Origin: Eledone cirrhosa
Taxonomy: Eukaryota
Reading direction: 5' to 3'
NCBI GenBank assembly: GCA_964016885.1
Contig: OZ024742.1
Span: 179,366,001-179,430,000, forward strand
DNA: 64,000 bases
In this document: positions 13,437-28,550 of the stretch, one piece after another
Layout of the letters: each line of letters begins with the position of its first letter
How positions within the stretch are numbered: the stretch's first letter is position 1
Translations under genes and position numbers: made by a program
Notes under the pieces: generated by a model
The model's database searches: none
The model's input: the letters and a program-made list of their open reading frames with translations, nothing else
Told to the model about the DNA's origin: nothing

Positions 13437-15811
13437 CAGGCATGTCAAACTAAGGGTCCCCCAAGGGCCGCATGGGTCACACATATGTTGTCTGAGGGTG
13501 GCACACGACAACTAATTCTGCACATTACAACTAATTAAAGTCATTTAATAAAATTTATTGCAGAAAAATTTGTTACTTGAATTTAGAAACATACAATGTA
13601 CATACAAATGTGTTAGCATCATTCATGAATACAAAGTAATGAAGTGGTTTGACAAAAAAATAAAATGTTAAATGGTGACATATACTTGCAGCTTGCAACA
13701 GCAACAAATGCATTGTACAAAAATTATAACAGTTCAAACCTGAACATTTATTTGCTACTATTCAACCATTTTTAATGTTTTGCTATGAGGCTTGACACCT
13801 CTTTTTGTTGACAGATTTTGGTGTCTGGCTGAAATGTCTGTACAGTTCCGACTTTGATCAGAGATGACAAGTGTTGATCAATCAGCCTTGTTCTCAGAAG
13901 TTTTTGTTAATTTCATGAAGGAAAATAACTTATCACACACATAGGTAGAACCAAACATTGCCATAATCTTTGCGGCAAACTTTCTGAAGTTTTTTAACTT
14001 TTGAGGAAGCTATAAAAAGAAACCAGGTATCCCCACTTCAAGATACTTTACTCTGAGTGTAGAATCCGCCTGCATTTCCAATAATTCCATCTGCAGGCTT
14101 TCTTCTGCCTTGGCAACATCATATGTGAATGGTGCTAAGAATAATGCAAACTAATGTTCAAAAGATGAGAAATCACAAAATCTTTCCTGAAATTCCTTTG
14201 ACAACAATTCTAGGTGACTATCATACTTAGCAAAGCTAAGTACAGAATCAGTATTGGCAGTGTTTTTCAGCTCTTTGCACGTAGTAAAATGAACTAAGTT
14301 TTCATTTGAAATCTGTGACTTCCATAAGTTTAGTGTTCTAATGAAGCACTTTATATCATCATGCAACTGAGTGATGAGTTTGTTTTTAACCTTGTAATTT
14401 CAAATTAAGATCAGTTAATTGTGCAGTAATATCCACAACAAAAGCCAGATCTTGGAGCCAACTTTCATCTTTTATTTCATCTGCGTTTTGAACTTTCGAC
14501 TCCAAAAACAATTATTTCTTGTCTCAACAAATAGAATATTTTCAGCATTTTGTGACATGGCAACCATCAGACTTCTGTGTAGAATGGAACATCGGGAAAC
14601 TGATTATCCAGATATGATTATCCAACAAATGGCTGATCTGACGGCGGTTGAGAGCATGGTCTCTGATATAGTTCACTGTTTTTGTGGCCAAACTTGGCAT
14701 CAAACTGATGCGATTTTCAAATCTTTGAACACAAATTTTGCTGATGAATAATACAGTGAAAATGTGCAAATGGTGAATCTGGATGTGAGTTTTCTATTTT
14801 TGTTCGTAACTTGGTAGCAACACCATCATGTTTGCCAACGATATTCGCAGCACCGTCAAGTTTACTCAAATCAAAACCATAGTCATGCAGAACCTGCTCG
14901 ACCTTCTCAAAGATATCCTGGCTTGTTATAGTGTCATGCATGGGGACCAGTTCAATCAGTTCTTCATAAATATTAAATTCATTGTCACAGGCTCTAATGA
15001 AGAATGCAAGCTGTGCTATTCCAGTGATGTCAACGGTCTCATCAATAGCAATATAAAAATGTTCAAACAGTGATGATAACAGTCTTCAACTGTTGTTTCA
15101 GATCACCTGACATTTCATCAATCCGTTCAGCAACAGTGTTCCTGGTTAATGAAATGTCTATGAATAACTGTTCTTTCTCTGAACATAAAATTTCAGCTGT
15201 TTTTAGAGGGCATTGCTTTACAAAATCTTCTTCACTGTAAGATTTCCCACTCATGGCAATCATTCAGCTGAGTTCAGTAATAGAAGCGACTTTCTCTTCC
15301 TGAATTTTCATAATACAGGTTTCTCAAGTTAGCCTTCAATTCCTTGAGTCTTGAAGAACGCATTGGGCCTTCATATTTATCGTAAGATCGATGGTTCGTT
15401 TCATAATGTCTTTTCAAATTGTACTCTTTTGGCGTGGCGATGCAAATTAAACAGTGGATCTTTCCGTTCACCGTTATGCAAAAATAATGTAATTCCCTCT
15501 TTTTTTTAAACACTCGCTCTTCTTCGTTCAATTTCGTTTTTCTCTTAGCCGGAGGAGCACTAGCAATTTTAAAAGCAAAAACTTTTGAAATTTTGAAAGA
15601 AAGTTTTCTGTTTACAACTCTTAATGAGGTGTGCGAGATTCGTCGAAAGTTAAAAATAGTTGTCAAAAATCGCACAAAAAACAAAGACAAAACAATCGTA
15701 TCGAAATTTCTTTTTAATTTTATATTACGAAGATAAAACATGCTCACGCTCTAAAAACTTTTGTGCGGGTCGTAGGTGTGCTTGCAAATGGCCGCATATA
15801 TATCTTGCCTG
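13437..15811 (-). mobile_element. hAT DNA transposon, Buster/SPIN/GTF2IRD2-like, decayed
   Basis: Left TIR caggcatgtcaaact; degenerate right end ..cttgcctg; 8-bp TSD gtataaag/gtataaac (nnnTAnnn). Transposase remnants CLIC..KEYNLKRHYETNH, SLTRNTVAERI, HCIIHQQNLC, MFGSTYVC. Confidence 0.88.
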
Positions 15812-16019
15812 GTATAAACAATTCGAAGTTAGAAAGCCACGACAATGCGGGTTTGGACGGAAAATAATTATATCGTAAGGAACAGTGGTTGTTTTTTTTA
15901 ACCTTAATTTATGTCCTGATATTTCGAGATAAATATGGTATTGCAAGCCACATCGGACACTGCAATAATTCCTTTAGTTTCCCCGGAAGAAGAGGTATTA
16001 ATCTCGAAATATCAGGACA

Positions 16020-16620
16020 TAAGGTAAAAAAACATTTTTTGGTCCTTTTAGATAGACACAAATACCATCTTAGGTCACAAATACCATCTTTAACAGACAC
16101 AAAGTAAAATTAGGGTACTCCTGCGCTAAGAATATGAAGGCCCACATCACCAACAGCCCTAAGAAAAACACCCCACTAGGGGGCTCTTGCCGAAAGCCTG
16201 AAGCTTGTTCCCTTCAACAGCAATGCAACACACCCGCTGTAGTTTATGAAGCTGTGGTCACTTCCAACCGACCAAATCAACCACATGATGTCAAATCCTA
16301 TGTGGGTATGGCGGAGGGCTGAATTAAGGAACGCTTCCTGAACCATCAGTTGAACTTTAGGTACACGGACAAACGATCATCCACGAAATTCGCAAACCAC
16401 GTATGGTCCCTCAAGGACTCCAGTATAGACTACTCCATTCAATGGAAAGCCATTACTAAGTCCAAGCCATACGCAAGGGTCTTGTTGACTATGTATTGAT
16501 GAAAGGATAAATATTCTAAAGAGATTACGCAATAGCGATTGCCTAAACTTAAGAAATGAAATCTTCACACGTTGTCCACATGTCTGGAAACACCTTTTAC
16601 ATAACTACAAAGCTCCGAAT
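16020..16620 (+). pseudogene. Penelope-like GIY-YIG endonuclease 3' fragment
   Basis: SCRKPEACSLQQQCNTPAVVYEAVV..YVGMAEG*IKERF; homologous to 22186-22977; decayed HHR downstream at 16791-16829. Confidence 0.85.
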
Positions 16621-16924
16621 TGAATAAGAACAAATCATAATTTTCTTATCAACTAGAACCTTTCGGACTTTCGCAGTTATCTCCCTTACAACTCTCGCCC
16701 GCAGTTTTGTATTGCCTGGTTAAAGTGACCTTTTCTACACTTCCGCGTTCATACGGTTGTCCTTCCTCTTCCGTATAACCATGATCATTACAAGCTGAGA
16801 ATCCGCTATGGTGAAACAATTGTTCTCAGTATAGTCAACTAACTGTTGTGTTACCACTTCTACCTAACTCGTCCCATGGACTGAGTGGTCTATCACTACG
16901 GATATTACCTTCTAGTGTTCTACT

Positions 16925-16960
<36 letters not shown>

Positions 16961-17159
16961 GCGAGGGAAAAGTGGTAAGGAACCAGGTGGACCATAACGC
17001 ACCAAAGTACTCAATATTTATGGTAGTAGAGTGGGTAATAGGAGTAAGTAAGACCCCGACGGCTGAGCTCAAGCCGTTTCGACGGCTAATTCAGTACAGA
17101 ATTAGCCGTCGAAACGGCTTGAGCTCAGCCGTCGGGGTCTTACATACTCCTATTATCTA

Positions 17160-17204
<45 letters not shown>

Positions 17205-17209
<5 letters not shown>

Positions 17210-17388
17210 TGTAATAAACAACATAAGGTAATTATTTCATTTACCAGTGGTTTCTTGAAAGGAAACACATTTCGCTTTCAATCATGAGAATGAAAAAATC
17301 CTGGTGTATTTATTGACGTTTGATTTTAAAAACAAAAGTATAATCTATATGAAAGTGAGGCTGGAAAAGGAAGACGGAAAGGAAAAAT

Positions 17389-17427
<39 letters not shown>

Positions 17428-17625
17428 TACACACACACATAAACATACACATATATATATACATACATATATATACATATATACATACATACACACACAC
17501 ATAGACGTACAAATACACATACATATACATATACATACATACACATATATATATCCACATATCCATACATACACATACGCACAAATACACAAACACACAC
17601 ACACACATGTATATATATATATATC

Positions 17626-17659
<34 letters not shown>

Positions 17660-18028
17660 CATCTATATATATATATATATATACACACACATAATCATAG
17701 ATATATACACACGTACATACGCACACATACATACACACATATATACACGCATATATACGCACACACAAATATAGATATATGTACACACACCTACAAACGC
17801 ACACACACAAAAAATATAATAGACAGCCATATAGGCCGTCAGAAGAATAAAGATAAATGTAAAAATTATTATAAAGTTGACAGCGATACAGGAAACAAAT
17901 AAATGAACAAACACACGTGGTAAGCAATACACACAATTACACATACACATACATACATATAAATAAATAAATACACACACACACATATAAACATACATAT
18001 ACACATACATATACATACACATATACAT

Positions 18029-18050
<22 letters not shown>
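17205..18050 (-). repeat. Left arm of long-range inverted repeat (partner 26345-27187), with core-mutated HHR at 17235-17295
   Basis: Unique spacers between the microsatellites match the reverse complement of 26345-27187; HHR core reads CTCATGA. Confidence 0.85.
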
Positions 18051-18127
<77 letters not shown>

Positions 18128-18137
18128 TATATATATA

Positions 18138-18189
<52 letters not shown>

Positions 18190-18312
18190 CATACATATAC
18201 ACACACACATACAAATAAATACATACACACACATGTATGTGTGTAAAACTCATTCTTAGATGTATTCAATGAACCTTGTTTAACTCTTAAATACATACAT
18301 ATATATACACAC

Positions 18313-18430
<118 letters not shown>

Positions 18431-18654
18431 ATGTAGTAAGAAACACAGTAAACCGTGTGTCTAATATTACGAGGGTTAAAAGACCACATTTATATTTCGG
18501 CTCCCTCATGAGGTGAGCTTATTAAGTTGCGTGTGTTGGACTGTTGTTTCTAACCAATGCACTCATACCACTTTTGACTTGCGGCGCACGAGGTGTTAAA
18601 TTCATCTTTCTGTGTGAACGTTGGTACTATTGTGTTTGTCGCATTTAATCAGAT

Positions 18655-18730
18655 TCTCTCGCTGATGATGCCCTGGATTATCTGTTGCAAACACACTCTG
18701 GGCGAAACAGATTCTAATCTGTCCGAGAGA
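18655..18730 (+). ncRNA. Canonical type I hammerhead motif (GUC site)
   Basis: tctctcg-CTGATGA-t-gccc...gggc-GAAA-cagatt(ct)aatctg-TC-cgagaga; 7-bp stem I. Confidence 0.88.
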
Positions 18731-18968
18731 TGTAATTGTTATTGAGGAGGCTGTTTGTATAATATCATTTTATTTTATTTTATCATTCTGTCTGTTTCAT
18801 GGTTAAATTTTTCAAACAAATGTGGTCTTTCAACCATCGTAATATTAGACACACGGTTTACTGTGTTTCTTACTACATATATATTATTATTATAATGCTC
18901 AGTATCTATGCTTGGAGCTTATTCATTACAAGGTTTCAGTAAGAGTTATTAACTCTAACTTTCATTTA

Positions 18969-19016
<48 letters not shown>

Positions 19017-19278
19017 AAAACACATAAATATTATATATATATATATATAAGAAAACACACAAATATTATATATATATATATATATAAATAAAAATGTGAA
19101 AGGGGTAAACAAATAGTTCGGAATACGGCATTAATAATAAATAAATAAATAAATAAATAGATAAGGGTATAAATGTTTATAGCTGATTTAGAGCAGTCAA
19201 CAAGTTCCTGGAGCAAATAATCAATGAAAATAAGCATTAAATCACTCTGTATGTAATTATGCATAATTACATACACAT

Positions 19279-19384
<106 letters not shown>

Positions 19385-19433
19385 CACAACCATACAAATA
19401 CACACATATATACATACATATACATACATATAC

Positions 19434-19476
<43 letters not shown>

Positions 19477-20029
19477 GGGAAAAATATGACCCCGACGGCA
19501 GACCTCAAGCCGTTTCTGAGGCTATTATATATATACACACAAACATATATAATATAAAAATACACATATACACACACACACACATGTATCTACAAAAAGT
19601 TACGTCACCACCTTAATAAAAATACACACACACACATATATATACACACACACACACAATTACAACAGATACATATAAAAAATACAATTATATACACACA
19701 CATATATACATACAGATATATATAATTATATATACATATACATATGCATACATATCCATATATATACATATATACACATATACACAACACAGACACACAC
19801 ACACAGAAATAAATATCTAAAGATAAAAAGGTGGGTATGTAAAGGGTAAGGTAGAAAGTAGGGGGAATAAAGAAAATAAATGACATAGGAAAAAGTTTAA
19901 ATATAAGGGGAGATAAGGGAGAAAATGAATATAAGAGTACAGAAAGTGAGTTCAAAAATTAATAAAAATCGTAGTGGATGTAAGTCGTAGAGAGCAGAGA
20001 AGAAGTTCAATGGTGTTAAGACATCGTAG

Positions 20030-21290
20030 GAATGTCAATCCAGTTACAGATCAGATGTGATTTCAGGTGTGGACAACATCTGAAGATCTCGGTCTTGGAG
20101 TTCAGGCAGGTTGAAGTGGCTTTCAAGTTTTGTAAAATCCTAAATTTTTCAGTGGTACACAAAGAACAATTCTTTGTGCCCCTTTGGTACTCCCTCGAGT
20201 GGTCTTAAATAGATCAGTTGATAGAGTGCGAGATGTTTTTATCCTTGAATTCCCACACCTTATTTGCGAGAGCCGTTGCAGTTCTTTTATCGGAGTGTTT
20301 AAAAGAAGCGACATGTGCATAAAACCTGGTTTTAAACCTGTCCTGAGTCATGCCAACATATCGTTAACTGCTGGCTGGCTGGTTGTTAATTAAAGGTGTT
20401 GATTAAATCTTTACGGAATTTATCAAGGTTATGGCAGTTGGTGGTATGAGAAACTGCCAATCCGTCGTCACGGTATAAACCGATATTATGGGAAGGAAAT
20501 TTCTCTTTAAGGGTGTGGAGAAGGAATAATCCTACTAAGTCACACACATCCGCACGGTCATATGAACCCATTGCAACATCAAAAGAGTTTTCAGGGTTTG
20601 ACTTTTTAACCCAAATACTTTCATTAGTAAAGAGTAGAGTTTTTCTAGCATGAAAGATAATGTCTTCTTCTAATTTAGAAATATTAATGAAGGGTCTTGC
20701 AAAATCTAAGGCTTTAGTTAATAAGGAAACAGTAATAGAGGGTTAAAAATCAACAATATCAAATTGGGTAAATCTACACTTATTTTTACCTTGTATATTA
20801 TTAAACCAAGAAATAACAGAGAATGTATTTAACCATTGTGATAAGTCAGTCTTAGTTCTAATTTGGAGAATTATTTTTCTTAAGATTCTTTTACTTGCAA
20901 GGCCAACTTCGGATTTAGCCGGGTTAATCAGTCTACAACTAGGTCGATTAGTAAAGTCTAATTTATGGTCTTTAAGGGTAATATATTCTTTACATTTAGC
21001 TAGGCTTTCAATCCGGTTGACTATTTTTAAAGAACTAGCTAGTTCTTTAGCTTCTTTATTAATAGTATTGTAGGTGTTATTATTAGTTAATTGATATTTG
21101 TTGGTGATACTATTAGTTAAAAGTTGGTTATACAAAATACTATTATCTTCAAAGCGATTTTTAGTTTTATTGGAAAGAACAAAAGTGTTTGTAGAATTTT
21201 TAAAATGAGAAATATCGTTAGACAGTTTAGTTTGAAAATTATTATTGTACTTACAAAATTTGATATCACTAATTAAATTAACAAGGTCTA
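20030..21290 (-). pseudogene. Penelope-like element RT/GIY-YIG, inverted copy with internal deletion
   Basis: YITLKDHK..CRLINPAKSEVG, QFDIVDF, MGSYDRADVCDLVG, GLYRDDGL; lacks the equivalent of about 22040-22595. Confidence 0.9.
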
Positions 21291-21309
21291 ATTCCCCAAC
21301 AAATATCAA

Positions 21310-22977
21310 TTAACTAATAATAACACCTACAATGCTATTAATAAGAAGCTAAATACTATTAATAAAGAAGCTAAATTAATAAAGAAGCTAAAGAACTAGC
21401 TAGTTCTTTAAAAATAGACAACCGGTTTGAAAGCCTAGCTAAACTTAAAGGATATATTACCCTTAAAGACCATAAATTAGACTTTACTAATCGACCTAGT
21501 TGTAGACTGATTAACCCGGCTGAATCCGAAGTTGACCTTGCAAGTAAAAAAATCTTAAGAAAAATAATTCTCCAAATTAGAACTAAGACTGACTTATCAC
21601 AATGGTTAAATACATCCTCTGTTATTTCTTGGTTTAATAATATACAAGGTAAAAATAAGTGTAGATTTACCCAATTTGATATTGTTGATTTTTACCTCTC
21701 TATTACTGTTTCCTTATTAACTAAAGCCTTAGATTTTGCAAGACCCTTCATTAATATTTCTAAATTAGAAGAAGACATTACCTTTCATGCTAGAAAAACT
21801 CTACTCTTTACTAATGAAAGTATTTGGGTTAAAAATCAAACCCTGAAAACTCTTTTGATGCTGCAATGGATTCATATGACCGTGCGGATGTGTGTGACTT
21901 AGTAGGATTATTCCTTCTCCACACCCTTAAAGAGAAATTTCCTTCCCATAATATCGGTTTATACCGTGACGACGGATTGGCAGTTTCTCATACCACCAAC
22001 GGACATAACCTTGATAAATTTCGTAAAGATTTAATCAATACTCTTTCTAGTCTTAACCTTAAAATTACTATAGATACGAACCTTACCAATGCTAACTTTC
22101 TTGACATTAATCTGGATCAACTTACTGCCTCTTTTAAACCTTATCATAAACCTAACGAAAATCTTGGATATATACACAAAGAGTCTTGCCATCCCCTATA
22201 GTTTTTAAAAATTTTATTCCCAACATTAGCCGTAGGATTTCTAGCTTATCTTCGTTTCTAGACATTTTTAACAAAGCCGCTCCTTATTATAATAAAACCC
22301 TTAATAACAGCGGATTTACAGAACACATTAATAATTTACCTACTGTCAAAACTAATGTAGGAAGGAAATTCCTTGACCTCTTAGACAAACATTTTCCTCC
22401 TAATCATAGATATCATAAGATATTTAATAGAAATGTAGTTAAAATCAGTTACTCTTACTGCCCATCAATGAGTTCTAAAGTCACCAATTCTAATCGTACG
22501 AGAATAAATCCAGGATGCAGTTGCAGGAAGCCGGATGAATGCCCATTGCAGGGCAAATGTAACACCAAATCCGTTGTATATGAGGCCAAAGTGACACCTT
22601 TAATTAACAACCAGCCAGCCAGCAGTGAACGATATGTTGGCATGACTCAGGACAGGTTTAAAACCAGGTTTTATGCACATGTCGCTTCTTTTAAACACTC
22701 CGATAAAAGAACAGCAACGGCTCTCGCAAATAAGGTGTGGGAATTCAAGGATAAAAACATCACGTACTCTATCGATTGGTCTATTTTAGACCATTCGTGG
22801 GAGTACCAAAGGGGCACAAAGAATTGTTCTTTGTGTACCACTGAAAAATTTAGGATTTTACAAAACTTGAAAGCCACTTCAACTTGCCTGAACTCCAAGA
22901 CCGAGATCTTCAGATGTTGTCCTCACCTGAAATCACATCTGATCTGTAACTGGATTGACATTCCTACGATGACTTAA
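21310..22977 (+). pseudogene. Penelope-like element RT + C-terminal GIY-YIG, 5'-truncated (possibly Hydra-type; clade is inference)
   Basis: GLYRDDGL, NFLDINL, CSCRKPDECPLQGKC, VVYEAKV..YVGMT, CSLCTTEK, CCPH; frameshifts. Confidence 0.92.
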
Positions 22978-23330
22978 CACCATTGAACTTCTTCTCTGCT
23001 CTCTACGACTTACATCCACTACGATTTTTATTATTTTTTTAACTCACTTTCTGTACTCTTATATTATTTTTCTCCCTTATCTCCCCTTATATTTAAACTT
23101 TTTCCTATGTCATTTATTTTCTTTATTCCCCCTACTTTCTACCTTACCCTTTACATTCCCACTTTTTTATTTTTAGATATTTATTTCTGTGTGTGTGTGT
23201 GTTGTGTATATGTGTATATATGTATATATATGTATATGTATGTATATGTATATATAATTATATAAATCTGTATGTATATATGGGTGTGTATATAATTGTA
23301 TTTTTTATATGTATCTGTTGTAATTGTGTG

Positions 23331-23413
<83 letters not shown>

Positions 23414-23652
23414 ATATGTGTGTGTGTATTTTTATTATGGTGGTGACGTAACTTTTTGTAGATATGTGTGTGTGTGTGTATATGTGTATTTGTTTATATA
23501 CATATATGTTTGTGTGTATATATATAATAGCCTCAGAAACGGCTTGAGCTCTGCCGTCGGGGCCATACTTTTTCCTATATATATATATATATATATGTAT
23601 ATGTATGTATATGTATGTATATATGTGTGTATTTGTATGGTTGTGTGTGTGC

Positions 23653-23696
<44 letters not shown>

Positions 23697-24055
23697 GTAT
23701 GTCTATGTATATGCATAATTACATACAGAGTGATTTAATGCTTATTTTCATTGATTATTTGCTCCGGGAACTTGTTGAGTGCTCTAAATCAGCTATAAAC
23801 ATTTATACTCTTATCTCTTTATTTATTTATTTATTTATTTATTATTTGCCGTATTCCCAACTATTTGTTTATCCCTTTCACCTTTTTATTTTTTTATATA
23901 TATATATATATCATATTTATATGTAGAGGTTATATTTAATTTGTTGGGATACAACAAGAAAAATATTTTTATAGCTGATATAAAGCAGTCAACAAATTAT
24001 TGGAGTAAATATACAATATAATAGCAAATGGAAACTATATTTATAAAACCATATT

Positions 24056-24121
24056 TATTTCATTATACATATTTCAAGGGCCACCAGAGCAAACTATGGT
24101 GCGCTTTCATCAGATAAAATA
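24056..24121 (-). ncRNA. Type I hammerhead motif (family shared with 27363-27427, 27546-27610, 44233-44297)
   Basis: Reverse complement: tattttat-CTGATGA-aagcgcacca...tggtggccctt-GAAA-tatgta-TA-atgaa. Confidence 0.7.
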
Positions 24122-25292
24122 CAATATAGGTTAGTTTTATAAATAAATATTGACATACCCTTAAAAGAATGCAAACATTCTGGTTGGAATCTCCTGGATA
24201 GTAGAGTTATTATATTTATTGTTGGTTTATTATACAAATTAGTGTTGGAAAGGTTTAAAAACAGTATATTTAAATTAAGCCGTTGGAATAGGGAAACAAA
24301 GAGAAAAGAAAGAGAAAAAAATGAAAGAAAGAAAGAGAGAAACCTGAGTATATTTTAATGAGAGAGAATAGCGTAATTTTGAGAGAAGAGGCGAAGAAAT
24401 AAATATAGGGTGGATGAATACCGTAAGATGGATAAACAATAATTGTTTCTACTTTAGGCACAAGGCCAGTAATTATCCAGTACAATAACCAATAACAGAT
24501 ACTACTAAAGATGGATAAACAATAATAAAGCTAATTTGAAGAATTTATCTAATGTTTAATTAATAAATTTGATTAAATGTTTAATTAATAATTTATCAAT
24601 TCAATCCGTAGTTTAAATGTTTAAATGTGTATGTTATATTATTAAAGTTGAGACCTATATATTATTATTAAAGAATATATATTATTAAAAATATGTTATT
24701 TTTACAAAACCATATATAATTTTATTATTTATTATTAAGTAATTATTTAAAAAAAAAATTGTAAGTTTAAAATATCCGAATATTTCTAAGCTCATGGAAT
24801 TTCCGAGTGTTTACCGAAGAATAATACCTTATTTGTAATAGCAGTAGAGCGTAAAGGAAATTGCTTGCGATTTATTAATAATTTAGATAGCTCTAAGGAT
24901 TAAATGTTATAAAGTTAAATGTTATAAAGTTAAGATGTTAAAAAATCTTGATTATCCATCTTAATAGTGTAATTAGAGTATGAATTTTATGTTATTTTAT
25001 AGAAGGTTATAAATTCTCTGGTGGCCCTTGAAATATATATAATGAAATAAATAAGGTTTTATAAATATAGTTTCCATTTGCTAATATATTGTATATATAA
25101 TATTTATGTTTTCTTATATATATATATATATATATATATTGTTATACTTTGGGAGGGTCATGTTGCCAATAAGAAACACACGCACCGGATGCTTTCACTT
25201 CAATTTATTATAATAAATTTATAATAAATTTATAAATTTATAAATTTCTGGTTGGTTGGTTGGTTCCACGACCAGATAGTTGTTTATATATT

Positions 25293-25335
25293 GTCATAGT
25301 TCTTTCGTCACACACTCTGTGACCTCTTCAGTGAC
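25293..25335 (-). ncRNA. Minimal hammerhead motif downstream of GIY-YIG fragment
   Basis: Reverse complement: gtca-CTGAAGA-g-gtcaca(gagtg)tgtgac-GAAA-gaac-TA-tgac. Confidence 0.75.
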
Positions 25336-25536
25336 TGGGGATTCCTTTCTTTGTTTCTGTGCCTCTCCTTTGTTCTGTCCTACGCCATTTTGTTTCTGTG
25401 TGTGTGTTGTGTGCTCAGCCTGCGCATGCGCCACATCCGGGTGTCTGTGTGTGTTTATGTTCATTTATTTATTTGTTTATTTACATGTTGCTGGTTGGTT
25501 GTTTGTTCTATGTGTGTGTGTGTTTTCATTTTGTCC

Positions 25537-25870
25537 TTAATTGTAAGTTGTGATGTTGCTGTTCCACTCATATTTTCTATTTAATTTTGGTTGTAATTCT
25601 TTTATGTTTATTGCCTCTGTAATTTGTCTAAACATTGCGTCTTTTCTGTGTGTAGATTCTATTTTTATTTCTATGTTCTCTAATTTACCCTTGTGTTCTA
25701 TTTTAGCATGTTGGTAGAGTACAGATGATTCTTTACTATCTTGAAGGTCTCGCCAGTGTTCATTTATCCGTTCCCCTACACTACGAGCTGTCTCACCTAT
25801 GTACACTATATTTTTGTCTCTACATTGTCCTTCAGTACATCTTATGCTATACACTACATTTCTAGTTTTA
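25537..25870 (-). pseudogene. Penelope-like GIY-YIG endonuclease C-terminal fragment
   Basis: YSIRC..C...IVYIGETARSVGERINEH, RQITEAINI..PKLNRKYEW. Confidence 0.85.
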
Positions 25871-26030
25871 CAGTTAATATGGGGGCTTATTTTACAGGTT
25901 ATACATTTCTTATCTATACATGCGGGTCTTTGAAAAGGGTATGGCGATATGCAAATTAGGCTGCTCAGCCGTTAATATGCATAAGGAAAGTATATACTTT
26001 CAGACGTTCAACCATCTGGCAGGAAGGTAT

Positions 26031-26073
26031 ACGATGCTGACGATAGCTAATAAGCTTGAAACTAGTACATCGT
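26031..26073 (+). ncRNA. Minimal type I hammerhead (palindromic ACTAGT stem III)
   Basis: acgatg-CTGACGA-t-agct(aata)agct-t-GAAA-ctag-TA-catcgt. Confidence 0.85.
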
Positions 26074-26288
26074 TCCTATGTCAGTGTTGAACAAAAAGGT
26101 GACGTGGTTACCTAAACACTGTACGGCGTAATTCAGGCTGTTTGTTTGTTTATATATAAACAAACCGAGCATTATAATAAATGTTCGGTAAACCGATACG
26201 TGCATATATATATGTGTGCATGTATGTATATATATACATACTACTGTACGTCTGTATACATATATGTATGTACGTATACATACATACT

Positions 26289-26349
<61 letters not shown>

Positions 26350-26710
26350 ATATATGTATGTATGTGTATGTGTATGTATATGTGTATGTATATGTATGTG
26401 TATGTGTGTGTGTGTGTATGTATTTATTTTTATGTATGTATGTGTAATTGTGTGTATTGCTTACCACGTGTGTTTGTTCATTTATTTGTTTCCTGTATCG
26501 CTGTCAACTTTATAATAATTTTTACATTTATCTTTATTCTTCTGACGGCCTATATGGCCGTCCATTATATTTTTTGTGTGTGTGCGTATGTAGGTGTGTG
26601 TACATATATCTATATTTGTGTGTGCGTATGTATGCGTGTATATATGTGTGTATGTATGTGTGCGTATGTACGTCTGTATATATGTATGATTATGTGTGTA
26701 TATATATATA

Positions 26711-26750
<40 letters not shown>

Positions 26751-26870
26751 CATGTGTGTGTGTGTGTGTGTTTGTGTATTTATGCGTATGTGTATGTATG
26801 GATATGTGGATATATATGTGTGTATATATGTATATCTTTGTGTATTTGTACGTGTATGTATGTGTGTATG

Positions 26871-26901
<31 letters not shown>

Positions 26902-26917
26902 GTATGTATATATATAT

Positions 26918-26991
<74 letters not shown>

Positions 26992-27094
26992 ATGTATGTT
27001 TATTTTTCCTTTCCTTCTTCCTTTTCCAGCCTCACCTTCATATAGATTATATTTTTGTTTTTAAAATCCAATGTCAATAAATACACCAGGATTT

Positions 27095-27155
27095 TTTCAT
27101 TCTGATGATTGAAAGCAAAATTTGTTTGCTTTCAAGAAACCACTGGTAAATGAAA
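27095..27155 (+). ncRNA. Type I hammerhead motif, long stem II
   Basis: tttcatt-CTGATGA-ttgaaagcaaa..tttgctttcaa-GAAA-ccactgg-TA-aatgaaa. Confidence 0.85.
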
Positions 27156-27247
27156 TAATTGCCTTATGTTTTTTATTACATAACTATTAAGCTCTGTCAC
27201 CTACATAGAGCACTCTTTTTTTCTGGACCTTTCCGACGGATTACTTC

Positions 27248-27318
<71 letters not shown>

Positions 27319-27323
<5 letters not shown>

Positions 27324-27655
27324 GATATTAACAAATGGAAACTATATTTATAAAACGATATCTATTTCATTATACATATTTCAAGGATACCAAGTTAAAT
27401 TATGGTATGTCTTCATCAGACAAAATACAATATATATCAGTTTTATAAATAAGCATTGACGTACCTTTTCAAAATGCGACCATTACTTTTGGAGGACATC
27501 AGGATAGGGTACGTCAATGCTTATTTATAAAACTGATATAGATTGTATTTTGTCTGATGAAGGCATACCATAATTTAACTTGGTATCCTTGAAATATTTA
27601 TAATGAAATAGATATGGTTTTATAAATATAGTTTCCATTTGTTAATATCGTATAT
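27319..27655. repeat. Inverted repeat with a hammerhead in each arm (27363-27427 minus, 27546-27610 plus)
   Basis: tattttgt-CTGATGA-aggcatacca..tggtatcctt-GAAA-tattta-TA-atgaaata; arms are reverse complements. Confidence 0.82.
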
Positions 27656-27758
27656 CTACTCCAAATACTTGTCGAGTGCTTTATATCAGTTATAAAAATA
27701 TTTACTTGTTGTATCCCAACAATTTAAATAGAACTTTTGCATATATATATATATATTT

Positions 27759-27789
<31 letters not shown>

Positions 27790-28179
27790 GAGAGAGAGTG
27801 AGAGAGAGAGAGAGAGAGTGAGAGAGAGAAGTCATTTGGTAATGTTAGTTAATTAACGTAAGTAGCAACGATATGGGCACTCAATGATGCTACTTGAACA
27901 AGGTGAATCCAGTTCAACGCGGGATCTTCGCATGGTATTAATGTATTCTTTATTTCTAGTCAGCAGAGTGTTTACATTGTGTACGAAAGAGTTTCAATTT
28001 AAAATATTTTAATTCATTATTGAACGTGAAGCGTGTTTCACAGATTATCGGCTTCGAAATGCTTTGATGTAAATCTATATGTCTGATGCGCAGATCGATG
28101 CTGGTGTCAGGTCTATCTTATTGATTGACCCGATCATCACCGAAACATGTGTCACGTTCGTTTTCTTGTACATAATTCC

Positions 28180-28216
<37 letters not shown>

Positions 28217-28550
28217 GGCATATATGGGGGCTCATTCTAGTGACATGGCTTTAAAAATGAGGCTTGTCTGCATAATTGCAAACGAATTGAATATTATTAT
28301 TAATATTCGAAAAACTCAGATTACACTTATTGAATTCAGCCATGTAGACCGAACATTTTTTTTTTTAATATACAGAAAACTGACTGGCCAGTCTGCTGAT
28401 ATGTAAATCTGGCTGATCAGTGGATCTGCTAATAGGCAGATATGACTGATCAGCCAGTCTGCTAGTATGCAAATCAGGCCGATAAGTCACTGTATATTTT
28501 AGAAAATATCATATATTTTCACTAGCTCTGACAGTTGGCAGGTGAACAGT

